A stretch of DNA of 12,831 bases from Candidatus Jordarchaeales archaeon (GCA_038858525.1 JAWCFL010000046.1:1-12831); one strand, 5' to 3'; shown: positions 1 through 7,112, counted from the stretch's first letter. Notes: a model not told the origin generated them from the sequence alone. Made by a program: numbers and translations.

Positions 1-1
1 T

Positions 2-616
2 CCCGCCTTCTCCTGTTTTCCTGATGCGGACGTTTGGACGCTGCCTGTTCAGGTAAATTTTTTGTTTCTCGAACTCCTTTAGCATGACGGAAACTTGGAA
101 AGTAGGGTCCAAGCTCAAATCGACAACTAAGGCGACCACGTCGGCATTCCTGATCAGCGAAAAAATTCTTGGGCCATTAACGCTTTCAGCGCACCCGTCG
201 AAAATGGGAGGCACTTCTACAATTTGTATCATTGCCCCGCCAAAGTTGAGGATTCCAACCTCGGGGGACGTGGTTGTGAAGGGGTAAGCGCCAACTTTAG
301 CGTCTGCACCCGTAAGGCGGTTCAGAAGGAGGCTTTTCCCACTGTTCGTCAACCCTACAAGAACCACTTGGCCACTGCCCTCTTTCTTAATGTTGAAGGA
401 GGGAGCGCTTCTAGCCCTGCGAGCCTTCTCTCTTTCGACTTCCTCTCTAAGCTTGGCAAGGCGCTTTTTAAGTTGACGCTCAAGCTTCTCGGTGCCCTTA
501 TGCTTGCTCATTTTCGCGAGCAACTCTTCTATAGCTTGAATTTGCTCTTCCTTCGTCTTCGCTTCTTCCAGCTTTTTAAGAGCCACTTGGGCTTCTGCAC
601 CAAGGTTCACGGGCAC
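2..616 (-). CDS. drg: DRG/Rbg-like OBG-family GTPase, N-terminal 205 codons (runs off the left edge)
   Basis: Hand-translated from GTG at 616, with SD GGAGG at 624-628: MPVNLGAEAQVALKKLEEAKTKEEQIQAIEELLAKMSKHKGTEKLERQLKKRLAKLREE...QVVLVGLTNSGKSLLLNRLTGADAKVGAYPFTTTSPEVG...QIVEVPPIFDG...LIRNADVV...NVRIRKTGEGG. It has the DRG-type N-terminal helix (HKGTEKL..LK.RLAKLR), G1 GxxNxGKS and G2 YPFTT. No stop before the window edge, so it is missing from the ORF track. Confidence 0.9.
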   Translation of the reverse strand, partial: MPVNLGAEAQVALKKLEEAKTKEEQIQAIEELLAKMSKHKGTEKLERQLKKRLAKLREEVEREKARRARSAPSFNIKKEGSGQVVLVGLTNSGKSLLLNRLTGADAKVGAYPFTTTSPEVGILNFGGAMIQIVEVPPIFDGCAESVNGPRIFSLIRNADVVALVVDLSLDPTFQVSVMLKEFEKQKIYLNRQRPNVRIRKTGEGG

Positions 617-654
617 CGGAGACCCTCCAACTGTAGCTTCATGTTTAAGGTAAT

Positions 655-671
655 GAAAAGAGAAAGAAAAA
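655..671 (-). terminator. Pyrimidine/oligo-T tract after prmC (possible archaeal terminator)
   Basis: The minus strand reads TTTTTCTTTCTCTTTTC, starting 6 nt after the prmC stop codon. Confidence 0.4.
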
Positions 672-676
672 CATGA

Positions 677-1276
677 TCAATGAGGAGAGAAAGTTACGAG
701 GCATATTTCCTCAAAGAAGAAACGTTTTCTCGCATTTATTACGTATTTGAAGCCGAGAGCGGATAAATGCTTTAGTAATTTTTTGGGTTTCATGAGGGAG
801 GAGAAGATCACTTGATACCTTTTTTTAGGTGATTGTAAATGATTTTTAACCATATCAATGAAGCGCCCGACAACTTTCCGGCCGGTTTTTCCGCCGCTCC
901 ATGCTAGTCCCCAGTTTCCCGGGTCTTCAGTAGGGAGGTAAGGCGGATTAAATACCACAAGGTCAAAGGGGGAAATGGTTTTGAGGAAAGTTAAGAGGTC
1001 ACCTATTATTATGTCCACTTTGTCTTCGTAACCGTTCCTTTTAGCATTTATGAGCGTGTTTTTTGCAGCTAAAGGCGATATATCGATTGCGACGACGCGC
1101 CTAGCTCCTTTAGCAATGGCGAAAAGCGATATGATGCCTGTGCCGGAGCCGACGTCCAACACAACGTCACCTGGCTTGACAGCTAAGTGGTCTGCCAAAA
1201 GGAGGGAATCATCAGCGGGATCATAGACGCCGTCAAAGACAAGAAGAGAGAAATTATCTATTTTTCGTTCTCTCAT
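677..1276 (-). CDS. prmC: HemK2/Mtq2-family SAM-dependent methyltransferase (release factor glutamine methyltransferase)
   Basis: 199 aa with VYDPADDSLLL, motif I VLDVGSGTG, motif IV FNPPY and WSGGKTGR. It lies downstream of ksgA, the usual archaeal context. Confidence 0.9.
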   Translation of the reverse strand: MRERKIDNFSLLVFDGVYDPADDSLLLADHLAVKPGDVVLDVGSGTGIISLFAIAKGARRVVAIDISPLAAKNTLINAKRNGYEDKVDIIIGDLLTFLKTISPFDLVVFNPPYLPTEDPGNWGLAWSGGKTGRKVVGRFIDMVKNHLQSPKKRYQVIFSSLMKPKKLLKHLSALGFKYVINARKRFFFEEICLVTFSPH

Positions 1277-2084
1277 GGAGGACCCCCTTTACCCAGAAAG
1301 CTAGTTTCTTCACTTCGTCAGGTGTGAGGTGCCGAGGGCGTTTTTCAGACAAAGGCGATTCCTTCACAAGTTGTAAGGCGAGGCTTTTTGGGATGCCGAA
1401 GCGCTCGAACAGAAGAAGAAGACCATGCTTAACTTTTTTGTTCGGCGCCATGAACAAGCAACGGGAAATCTCTGAGAAAAATGGTTCGTCGACCTCAGCT
1501 GGCTTAGGCGTCAGAAGAACTATCGCTGAGTCAACTTTGGGGGAAGGATAGAAATTTTTTCTGTTAACGACTTCTAAGATTATAGTGTTCAGATAAGTTT
1601 GAGCGCTTACCGAGAGACGACCATAATCTTTAGATCCTGGCGACGCTACTAAACGAAGAGCGAACTCTAACTGAAGGGTCAACACTGCTTTTTCGAAGCT
1701 TAACCGGGCTATTTTAAATATTAAAGGAGCTGAAATGGAGTATGGTGGGTTTGAGACCATCTTGTTGAAGGCAGGCGGATCTATTTTGAGGAAGTCGGCG
1801 TTGATCACCTCGACGTTGTTAAAAACGGATAGATATTCTTGTAGAAAAAGAGCGAGCCTCTTGTCAGCCTCTACAGCGTAAACCCGTTTTGCACGTTCGG
1901 CTAAGGCGTATGTCAGCCCTCCCAACCCTGCCCCAACTTCTAACACGACGTCTTTCCCTGATACTTCGGCGTAGTCCACCTCACGCCTTATTATTTGAGG
2001 GTTTATGAGGAAGTTTTGCCCTAGGCGCCTACTGGGATTTACACCGTATTTTTTCAGTATAATTCTTATTTCTTGACTATCCAT
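1254..2084 (-). CDS. rsmA: 16S rRNA adenine dimethyltransferase KsgA/Dim1
   Basis: LGQNFL, VLEVGAGLGGLT, SNPPY, YGRLSV and PSPKVDSAIV motifs. Start moved from the track's 2180 to ATG 2084 (MDSQEIR, 276 aa), which leaves an 8-nt overlap with the DUF655 stop instead of a 104-nt overlap. Confidence 0.95.
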   Translation of the reverse strand: MDSQEIRIILKKYGVNPSRRLGQNFLINPQIIRREVDYAEVSGKDVVLEVGAGLGGLTYALAERAKRVYAVEADKRLALFLQEYLSVFNNVEVINADFLKIDPPAFNKMVSNPPYSISAPLIFKIARLSFEKAVLTLQLEFALRLVASPGSKDYGRLSVSAQTYLNTIILEVVNRKNFYPSPKVDSAIVLLTPKPAEVDEPFFSEISRCLFMAPNKKVKHGLLLLFERFGIPKSLALQLVKESPLSEKRPRHLTPDEVKKLAFWVKGVLHERTKNR

Positions 2085-2739
2085 GTGAAGGCCCCTTAAC
2101 TTTGGAGGGTCTTTTATAGTGGAAGTCTTCAGGGGGTTCAGGTGATGGAGGTCTAGTGAAGAGACGATACTTGTCTTCACCCTTAAGCTCGGAGATTATC
2201 CTGCTAACTATTGCTTTTTTAGGTTCATGCAGTTTTCCTCGCTCTGCTAGGTCATTAAAGTCCTTGAATGGTTCCTTCTCCCGTTCTTCTAGGAGATGCC
2301 ACATTGTTTTGTCGCCAACGCCCGGTATTAGCTTAAGTTGATGCAGACGAGTGGATATGGGTTGAGCGTTGTTGAAGAAGTCGACGAAGCGTTTCTCGTT
2401 CTTTTCAACTATTTTCTCGACAACTATTGGAAGCTCGCTCTTAGCAACAGAGGTTAAATCGTCATATGTAATGCGTCTTTCAACATGGTCTATTTTTCTA
2501 CGCTCACCCTTTCCTATGTATATGCGTTCATGAGGAGAAAATGAGACGCCTTTTTTAGGTGACAGCTCAAGCAATGTAAAAAATTCCTCCCCAACAACTT
2601 GAACGATAGGCTTCCGCTGATATACAGGTCTCCTATCATCAACACGCCCCTGTGGTAAATAATCTAACACGTAAACGTGATCTTCAAATCGTTTCTTAGC
2701 ATAAGTTTTATCTACACCCATTTTTCTCCGCTCCCCCAC
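2077..2739 (-). CDS. DUF655-family putative nucleic-acid-binding protein with a helix-hairpin-helix motif
   Basis: YVLDYLPQG, VGEEFFTLLEL, IYIGKGERRKI, HhH motif LKLIPGVGDKTM. Sits between rpo4 and ksgA. GTG start with upstream GTGAGGG; ATG 2721 is an alternative start. Confidence 0.88.
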   Translation of the reverse strand: MGERRKMGVDKTYAKKRFEDHVYVLDYLPQGRVDDRRPVYQRKPIVQVVGEEFFTLLELSPKKGVSFSPHERIYIGKGERRKIDHVERRITYDDLTSVAKSELPIVVEKIVEKNEKRFVDFFNNAQPISTRLHQLKLIPGVGDKTMWHLLEEREKEPFKDFNDLAERGKLHEPKKAIVSRIISELKGEDKYRLFTRPPSPEPPEDFHYKRPSKVKGPSHG

Positions 2740-2778
2740 CCCTCACAAAAAAGGACTCATCAGTAAACGTCTTTTACG

Positions 2779-3123
2779 TTATTCAGGCTTTTCAGAAAAT
2801 TCGCGGATGAGATTCACCATACCCTCCAGCTCTTCTTTCCTAAAGGATTTAGTTTCATAAGCTAGAAAAACCTTTAGCTCATCAACCGTTTGAGGTAATA
2901 CGTTGACTATTTGCGTTGCAGTCAACTCTTTTAACTCGTACTTTTCAACCAATAAATTAACAAGCTCCCTCGACTTACTGGCGGATAGCTTCGAAAACAG
3001 CCTTACATAATCCAGTGTGGCTTTCTGAGCATGGCTTAACCTTCCCTCTTTTTCCCTTTCCTCTAATAACTCCTTAACTTCAGACAAAGTAAGACATTTT
3101 TCCGATAAAACTTTGGGAGGCAA
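2779..3123 (-). CDS. rpo4: RNA polymerase subunit Rpo4 (RpoF, Rpb4 homolog)
   Basis: LTLSEVKELL, QKATLDYVRLFSKL, ATQIVNVLPQTVDELK. TTG start with SD GGAGGT at 3132-3137. Follows rpl21e. Confidence 0.92.
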   Translation of the reverse strand: MPPKVLSEKCLTLSEVKELLEEREKEGRLSHAQKATLDYVRLFSKLSASKSRELVNLLVEKYELKELTATQIVNVLPQTVDELKVFLAYETKSFRKEELEGMVNLIREFSEKPE

Positions 3124-3138
3124 GTGAAATAACCTCCT

Positions 3139-3438
3139 TCATGCAGTTTGTAATGGGCGAAGATGTTCAGGCCTAACTATCACTTTCTTAATCTTGCTAC
3201 CTACCTTCAACGCCACAACATATGCTCTGCCCCTCTTCTCTATTATTTTACCGTTTTTCCCATGAAAACGCTTATGAGGCTGCCCCTTATGTATGCTCGG
3301 GTCTATCAAAATGACGACTTGCTCTCCAACTTTGTAATCGTAAAGCAGCTTGTCAGGTGAAGGAACCCCTCTCATTCTGGGGGGCTTTTTCAGCAATTTC
3401 CTAGTCCGACTCCTATAACCCTTAGACTTTCGAACCAA
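3139..3438 (-). CDS. rpl21e: 50S ribosomal protein L21e (eL21)
   Basis: SKGYRSRTRKLL, DPSIHKGQPHKRFHGKNG, VRPEHL. TTG start with SD GGAGGT at 3447-3452. Confidence 0.97.
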   Translation of the reverse strand: MVRKSKGYRSRTRKLLKKPPRMRGVPSPDKLLYDYKVGEQVVILIDPSIHKGQPHKRFHGKNGKIIEKRGRAYVVALKVGSKIKKVIVRPEHLRPLQTA

Positions 3439-3542
3439 CTCCCTAAACCTCCATAAGGTAAAGTATCCAACACCATTAAGAATGTGAAAGTAATAGGATG
3501 ACTCTATGATTCAACTTTTGGAATAGTGGTATCTTTGACAGG

Positions 3543-3555
3543 TATATAAATTTTT
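3543..3555 (-). promoter_or_regulatory. BRE/TATA promoter of the rpl21e operon
   Basis: The minus strand reads AAAAA-TTTATATA about 105 nt upstream of rpl21e, implying a start site near 3520 and a leader of about 80 nt. Confidence 0.55.
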
Positions 3556-4009
3556 AGAGACCAAAATTTTAGATGTTATGTTCATTTAATTAGTTGAGCT
3601 TCGCAAGGGTGGCTGTTCAACATAGATTCTCACGCATAGTTGCGTTACCTCCTTTAAAGCAAGATCTAAAAGAGGGCACCAGCACTCTTCGTTACACTCC
3701 ACCGCTTCCCGCATCTTTATAATTTTCTTAGTGGACTATTTGACTTCTAAGAGAAAAAGATCATTTATTTGGCTTCTGCATATTTCTATTGCTAAGTTCA
3801 CTAGTTAAGGGATCCATTTTCCGAGAAACACCATACAGCGCTTCTTCACAGAAAACGTTTCTCAGAATATTTCCTCTTAATAAAAGGTAAACTCTCTGAT
3901 TTCTTATCGATTTTTAAGCAGGCGATTTTATATTCCCTTCCTTATGGCTTATGGATGACTGATGAAGGAGGTACGGATTTTAACAGCCAATACTGTCCCT
4001 GCGGTAAAA

Positions 4010-4025
4010 AGCCTTAAAAAAGGCT
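4010..4025 (-). terminator. Hairpin followed by a T run downstream of nmd3
   Basis: The minus strand reads AGCCTT-TTTT-AAGGCT-TTTT, about 50 nt after the nmd3 stop. Confidence 0.45.
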
Positions 4026-4077
4026 GACAGAGGAAAAGGAATTCATGAGTTTCACGATGGCTTCCTGAAAGCAGGTT

Positions 4078-4833
4078 TCACGGCTTGGTTTCGCCGCCGG
4101 CTTTGATGGGGGCGGCGCTTTCAGGTGGAAGACGAATTGAAATTGAGAGAATTCCTTTCTTTCCGTCATTTACTCCTTTTAGCTTAAATGTTTCTTTGAG
4201 TTCGGCGTTGAATATTTCCTTTATTCTTTGAGCAATGCTTCGCGCAAAGCTTTGTGATGAAAGTTTAACGTCAAACCATGTTTTTCCATCTTCCACTTTG
4301 TGAGAGACGCCTTTTAGACGTGCTTCCTTCTCTATAATGGAGAGGATTTTTTTGCGTAGCTGAGCATTAATTTTCCCATCAAAACTTCTAAACTGCAAAA
4401 CAGCTTCTTTAGGTTCCTTCCTCATTTTTACGCAGGAGGGACAATTTACGAATTTGAAATCGAAAAAAACGGTTACATTTTCTTTTAAGGTCAACTTAGG
4501 CTCTTTATAGTACACGGCTAACACGAGACGGGTTTTTCCCTCTTTAAGGTGAAATTGCTCGTGCTGAAATTTAAATGAGACAGTACCTTTAAACTCAGGC
4601 GGAAGACTGATTTCGATGCCTTTCTCAGTGATCTCTTCAATGATTTCGCTTAGCAGCGTAGAACTTGGCTCGAACCATTTTCCCTTAACTCTGTAACTTA
4701 GGCAGGAAGGGCAGAAAGATGCTCTAACGTTAAAGGCGCTACGGCTCATCTCTCGCTTAAAGTAGCAAGGCAAACACACGTTTTCGATCAGCATAATTTC
4801 TGTTTTACCACAGAAAGCGCAAAATTTAACCAT
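4078..4833 (-). CDS. nmd3: NMD3-family large-subunit biogenesis factor, short form (251 aa)
   Basis: Zn-binding pairs CAFC...CLPC and CPSC...CPSC, the KW motif, EAVLQFR, and a terminal SIRLP. Adjacent to DUF424 and aIF2-beta. SD GGTGA. Confidence 0.85.
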   Translation of the reverse strand: MVKFCAFCGKTEIMLIENVCLPCYFKREMSRSAFNVRASFCPSCLSYRVKGKWFEPSSTLLSEIIEEITEKGIEISLPPEFKGTVSFKFQHEQFHLKEGKTRLVLAVYYKEPKLTLKENVTVFFDFKFVNCPSCVKMRKEPKEAVLQFRSFDGKINAQLRKKILSIIEKEARLKGVSHKVEDGKTWFDVKLSSQSFARSIAQRIKEIFNAELKETFKLKGVNDGKKGILSISIRLPPESAAPIKAGGETKP

Positions 4834-4858
4834 TAATTTTCACCAGGGTAGGATGTTT

Positions 4859-5155
4859 TTACAGGATCACTTTTTGTGCATGCGCCACTCCCTGAATTCT
4901 TATCACGCCTTCAGGATGAATCAAGCCTGCCTCTATGGCTTTTGATATTATCATGTTGCCCGCCAAGTTTACTATTGTAGCTTGCTCTATGGCTTTTAGC
5001 GCATCCTCAACCTGTACCAGTCTTCCACCATAGAAGGATTCTTTCACCTCAAGTTTAAGGTTTCCCTCTCGAAAGGTTTTTCCAATTATGTCTTCGTCAC
5101 AAACTGCGACCAAAATGTCGCGCCCCACGTACTTCTCTGAGAGGTATACTTTCAT
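4859..5155 (-). CDS. DUF424-family protein
   Basis: DILVAVCDEDIIGKTFREG.LKLEVKESFYGG, ATIVNLAGN, IQGVAHAQ. Located between eif2b and nmd3. Confidence 0.88.
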   Translation of the reverse strand: MKVYLSEKYVGRDILVAVCDEDIIGKTFREGNLKLEVKESFYGGRLVQVEDALKAIEQATIVNLAGNMIISKAIEAGLIHPEGVIRIQGVAHAQKVIL

Positions 5156-5168
5156 TGCGTTTACCTTC

Positions 5169-5582
5169 TTACAAATGCTTCACAGGAGAGCGGGCCCCAC
5201 ACGCCTCGCATATAAGGTAGTGAATTCGCTTTTCCTTTTTTATCTTCGTATCTGGGCGGCCACACTCATGGCATATGACGTAACTTTGCACGTAACGCTC
5301 GATCAACTTATTGAAAACCGAGTCACTGAAAGTTCCTTGAAAAACCGCCCTAGTCCCTTCAATCGTTCCTGCAGTTGCTAGTTCCCTGGCCAAGAACCTC
5401 AAAAGGTGCTGAGGATCCCTGTTAAGACGATCAACTATTTCTTTGAAGTTTCTGAGAGTCGTCCTGTTACCCTCAATGAATACTGAGGCATGTGGAACAT
5501 CGAAACGAGACCACTCTGAAATCCCCCTTGGAAGACGACTTATGGCCCTGTCAAGAAGGGCTTCATATTCTGTTTCATCCAA
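5169..5582 (-). CDS. eif2b: Translation initiation factor aIF-2 beta subunit
   Basis: YEALLDRA, EGNRTTLRNF, LNRDPQHL, ELATAG, and the C-terminal Zn ribbon CHECGRPDT...CEACGA. TTG start with SD GAGGG. Confidence 0.96.
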   Translation of the reverse strand: MDETEYEALLDRAISRLPRGISEWSRFDVPHASVFIEGNRTTLRNFKEIVDRLNRDPQHLLRFLARELATAGTIEGTRAVFQGTFSDSVFNKLIERYVQSYVICHECGRPDTKIKKEKRIHYLICEACGARSPVKHL

Positions 5583-5585
5583 AAC

Positions 5586-6224
5586 TTATCCCTCACTATT
5601 TTCGTCATCCAAACTACCTAACCGTTTATAAGAGCCATTACTGGTCTCGTATATTATGCCTTCTCTTAGTAGCATGTCAAGTTCTCGCTCTAACTCGTCA
5701 TCGGGCACATTTAAAAACTTCTCTAATGTCTCCTTAGTGACTCCATCACCCATGTCTAAGCTATCTATGAGTTTCAGAATGCTTCTATGAAGAGAAACCT
5801 TCCGTGTAACTCGTTCTCCAATGCTGAGAGAAGAGAAAAGGTATAGTTCAAGTTCTCTAACCAACTCCCAGTTTGGGTCTTCAACTCTGATTACCAGTTC
5901 CGGAACCAAATACACTTCATCTCTATAAGAACGTATTAGACCCACAACGTCAACTACTCCACCGATCTTAATGTCACTTGTTGATGTTTTTCCTCCCCAA
6001 ACCTTAACTCTAATTGTTCCGGTGCCATCGTCAAGGGTGAAATTCATGTAGTCACTTAGCTCGCTTCTAAATACATCAACGATAGTCCCCATCACTCTCA
6101 CCCTGCTAGCTCGAATGCCTGACTTAGTTATGAGGATAAATTTACCTTGCTCGTCTGAGCGTTCAATGGAGCCTTCAATAACTTCAGATATGCATAGCTT
6201 GTAAGCGGGTTCCCAAAGAGACAT
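5586..6224 (-). CDS. rpa2: Replication protein A RPA32/Rpa2-like subunit (OB fold plus C-terminal winged helix)
   Basis: OB fold (RVRVMGTIVD, FTLDDGTGTIRVKVW, VVGLIRSY, EDPNWE), a linker, then a winged-helix-like C-terminus (ILKLIDSLD.GDGV...ELDMLLREGIIYETSNGSYKRL). Confidence 0.8.
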   Translation of the reverse strand: MSLWEPAYKLCISEVIEGSIERSDEQGKFILITKSGIRASRVRVMGTIVDVFRSELSDYMNFTLDDGTGTIRVKVWGGKTSTSDIKIGGVVDVVGLIRSYRDEVYLVPELVIRVEDPNWELVRELELYLFSSLSIGERVTRKVSLHRSILKLIDSLDMGDGVTKETLEKFLNVPDDELERELDMLLREGIIYETSNGSYKRLGSLDDENSEG

Positions 6225-6242
6225 TTATGAGACCTCTGCCCT

Positions 6243-7112
6243 CTAAAGCTTAACCCCGTTCTTAACTTGGATCTCAACTCCATATATCTTCTCCGGGTTT
6301 TCCTTGCATATTTTCCAGAAGGCGGCTTCGCTTGCCCCCTTTAAAAGTAACCGTCTAATCGTTCTCGGAGTGCTTCTCGGGTCTAGAACGGCGCCAGGGC
6401 GCTTGGGGTCATCGATAAAGTCAGTTTCCATGAGGAAGCACGTGCCAGAAGACAAGGCTCTCGTAACGTTTTTTACCGTTGAAAGTACTGACGGAAAAAA
6501 TCCCCATTTGATAAGTGGCTCTATGTTGGGAGGCGCAAAGTGCTTTATTATGCGGTCAGGTTTTAACCCCACCTTTTTAGCTGCCTCCGAGATGGATGCG
6601 ATTTCTTTTTCGTTAAGATGGCCTGTATGTAACTGAACGGGGCATCCTGCATCCTTAGCCAATATTAAAGCGTACTCTAAAAGCTGATTTGATGCCTCAA
6701 GAATCTCTTTGCCTACAGGATAGTGTGGAAGGCCGACCTCCCCGATCGCCACCGCCCGCTGCTCGCTAACCCACATAGCTGCTCTTTCAAGACCCTTCTG
6801 GATCAGTTCGACGGCTTCGTTTAACGGAACACCCTTGCTGAGCATGAATGTTAGTTCCGCTGGGTGAACTCCCACTATGGCGAAGGCTTGTACTCCCAGT
6901 TCCGAAAGCTTTTCGATAGATGAAAAGGTGAGCGAGTAGCAACGTTCAAAGTCAAGTGGATTTTTAACTGATACATCGTAGCTCCAACTAGGTAAACTAA
7001 CAACGAACAAAGCTGTTCCACCACAGGACTTAAAGAGCTTTCCAACATACTCAGCACCCATGCCTTTAATAGGATTAATATGAATATGATTGTCGGTCGC
7101 CGGAACAAGCAT
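6243..7112 (-). CDS. tatD: TatD-related metal-dependent hydrolase (amidohydrolase fold)
   Basis: DNHIH, GVHPAE, AIGEVGLPHY, VQLHT, KHF, METDFIDDPKRPGAVL. ATG 7112 preferred over TTG 7121 because SD GAGGGT (7121-7126) sits 8 nt upstream of it. Confidence 0.85.
   Translation of the reverse strand: MLVPATDNHIHINPIKGMGAEYVGKLFKSCGGTALFVVSLPSWSYDVSVKNPLDFERCYSLTFSSIEKLSELGVQAFAIVGVHPAELTFMLSKGVPLNEAVELIQKGLERAAMWVSEQRAVAIGEVGLPHYPVGKEILEASNQLLEYALILAKDAGCPVQLHTGHLNEKEIASISEAAKKVGLKPDRIIKHFAPPNIEPLIKWGFFPSVLSTVKNVTRALSSGTCFLMETDFIDDPKRPGAVLDPRSTPRTIRRLLLKGASEAAFWKICKENPEKIYGVEIQVKNGVKL

Noticed and set aside
84-676. Plus-strand ORFs 84-287 and 224-676
   Set aside because: Antisense shadows of the minus-strand DRG GTPase, with no recognizable motifs.
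2720-2763. CTGATGAGTCC on the minus strand resembles a hammerhead start
   Set aside because: There is no GGAC-GAAA partner, so stem II cannot close.
3959-4068. Canonical C/D box guide sRNA
   Set aside because: C-to-D distances (about 70 and 110 nt) and the lack of properly spaced D'/C' boxes do not fit 50-60-nt archaeal guides. Kept only as part of the general structured-RNA candidate.
3439-4077. tRNA, SRP RNA, RNase P RNA or pus10 pseudogene in the gap
   Set aside because: No cloverleaf/TTCGA, no SRP helix 8 motif, no RNase P GAGGAAAGTCC/CR-V motifs, and no Pus10-like peptides in the frames I read.
3949-4080. The frame stays open for 42 codons after the nmd3 TGA (possible selenocysteine or readthrough)
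   Set aside because: The extension (NLLSGSHRETHEFLFLCQPF...) resembles no NMD3 OB domain, the TGA is not at a conserved Cys position, no convincing SECIS was found, and an open run of this length is plausible by chance.
3959-4123. Hammerhead-like core: CTGATGA (3959-3965), stem II AGGAGG/CTTCCT, then GAAA (4067-4070)
   Set aside because: The best completion gives only 2 bp in stem III beyond A15.1-U16.1, 3 bp in stem I, and a poor CUU cleavage triplet. It arises as a by-product of the inverted repeat.
1324-5737. Plus-strand ORFs 1324-1551, 2156-2341, 3163-3360, 5088-5381, 5443-5631 and 5492-5737
   Set aside because: All lie antisense to well-supported conserved genes and have no family signatures.
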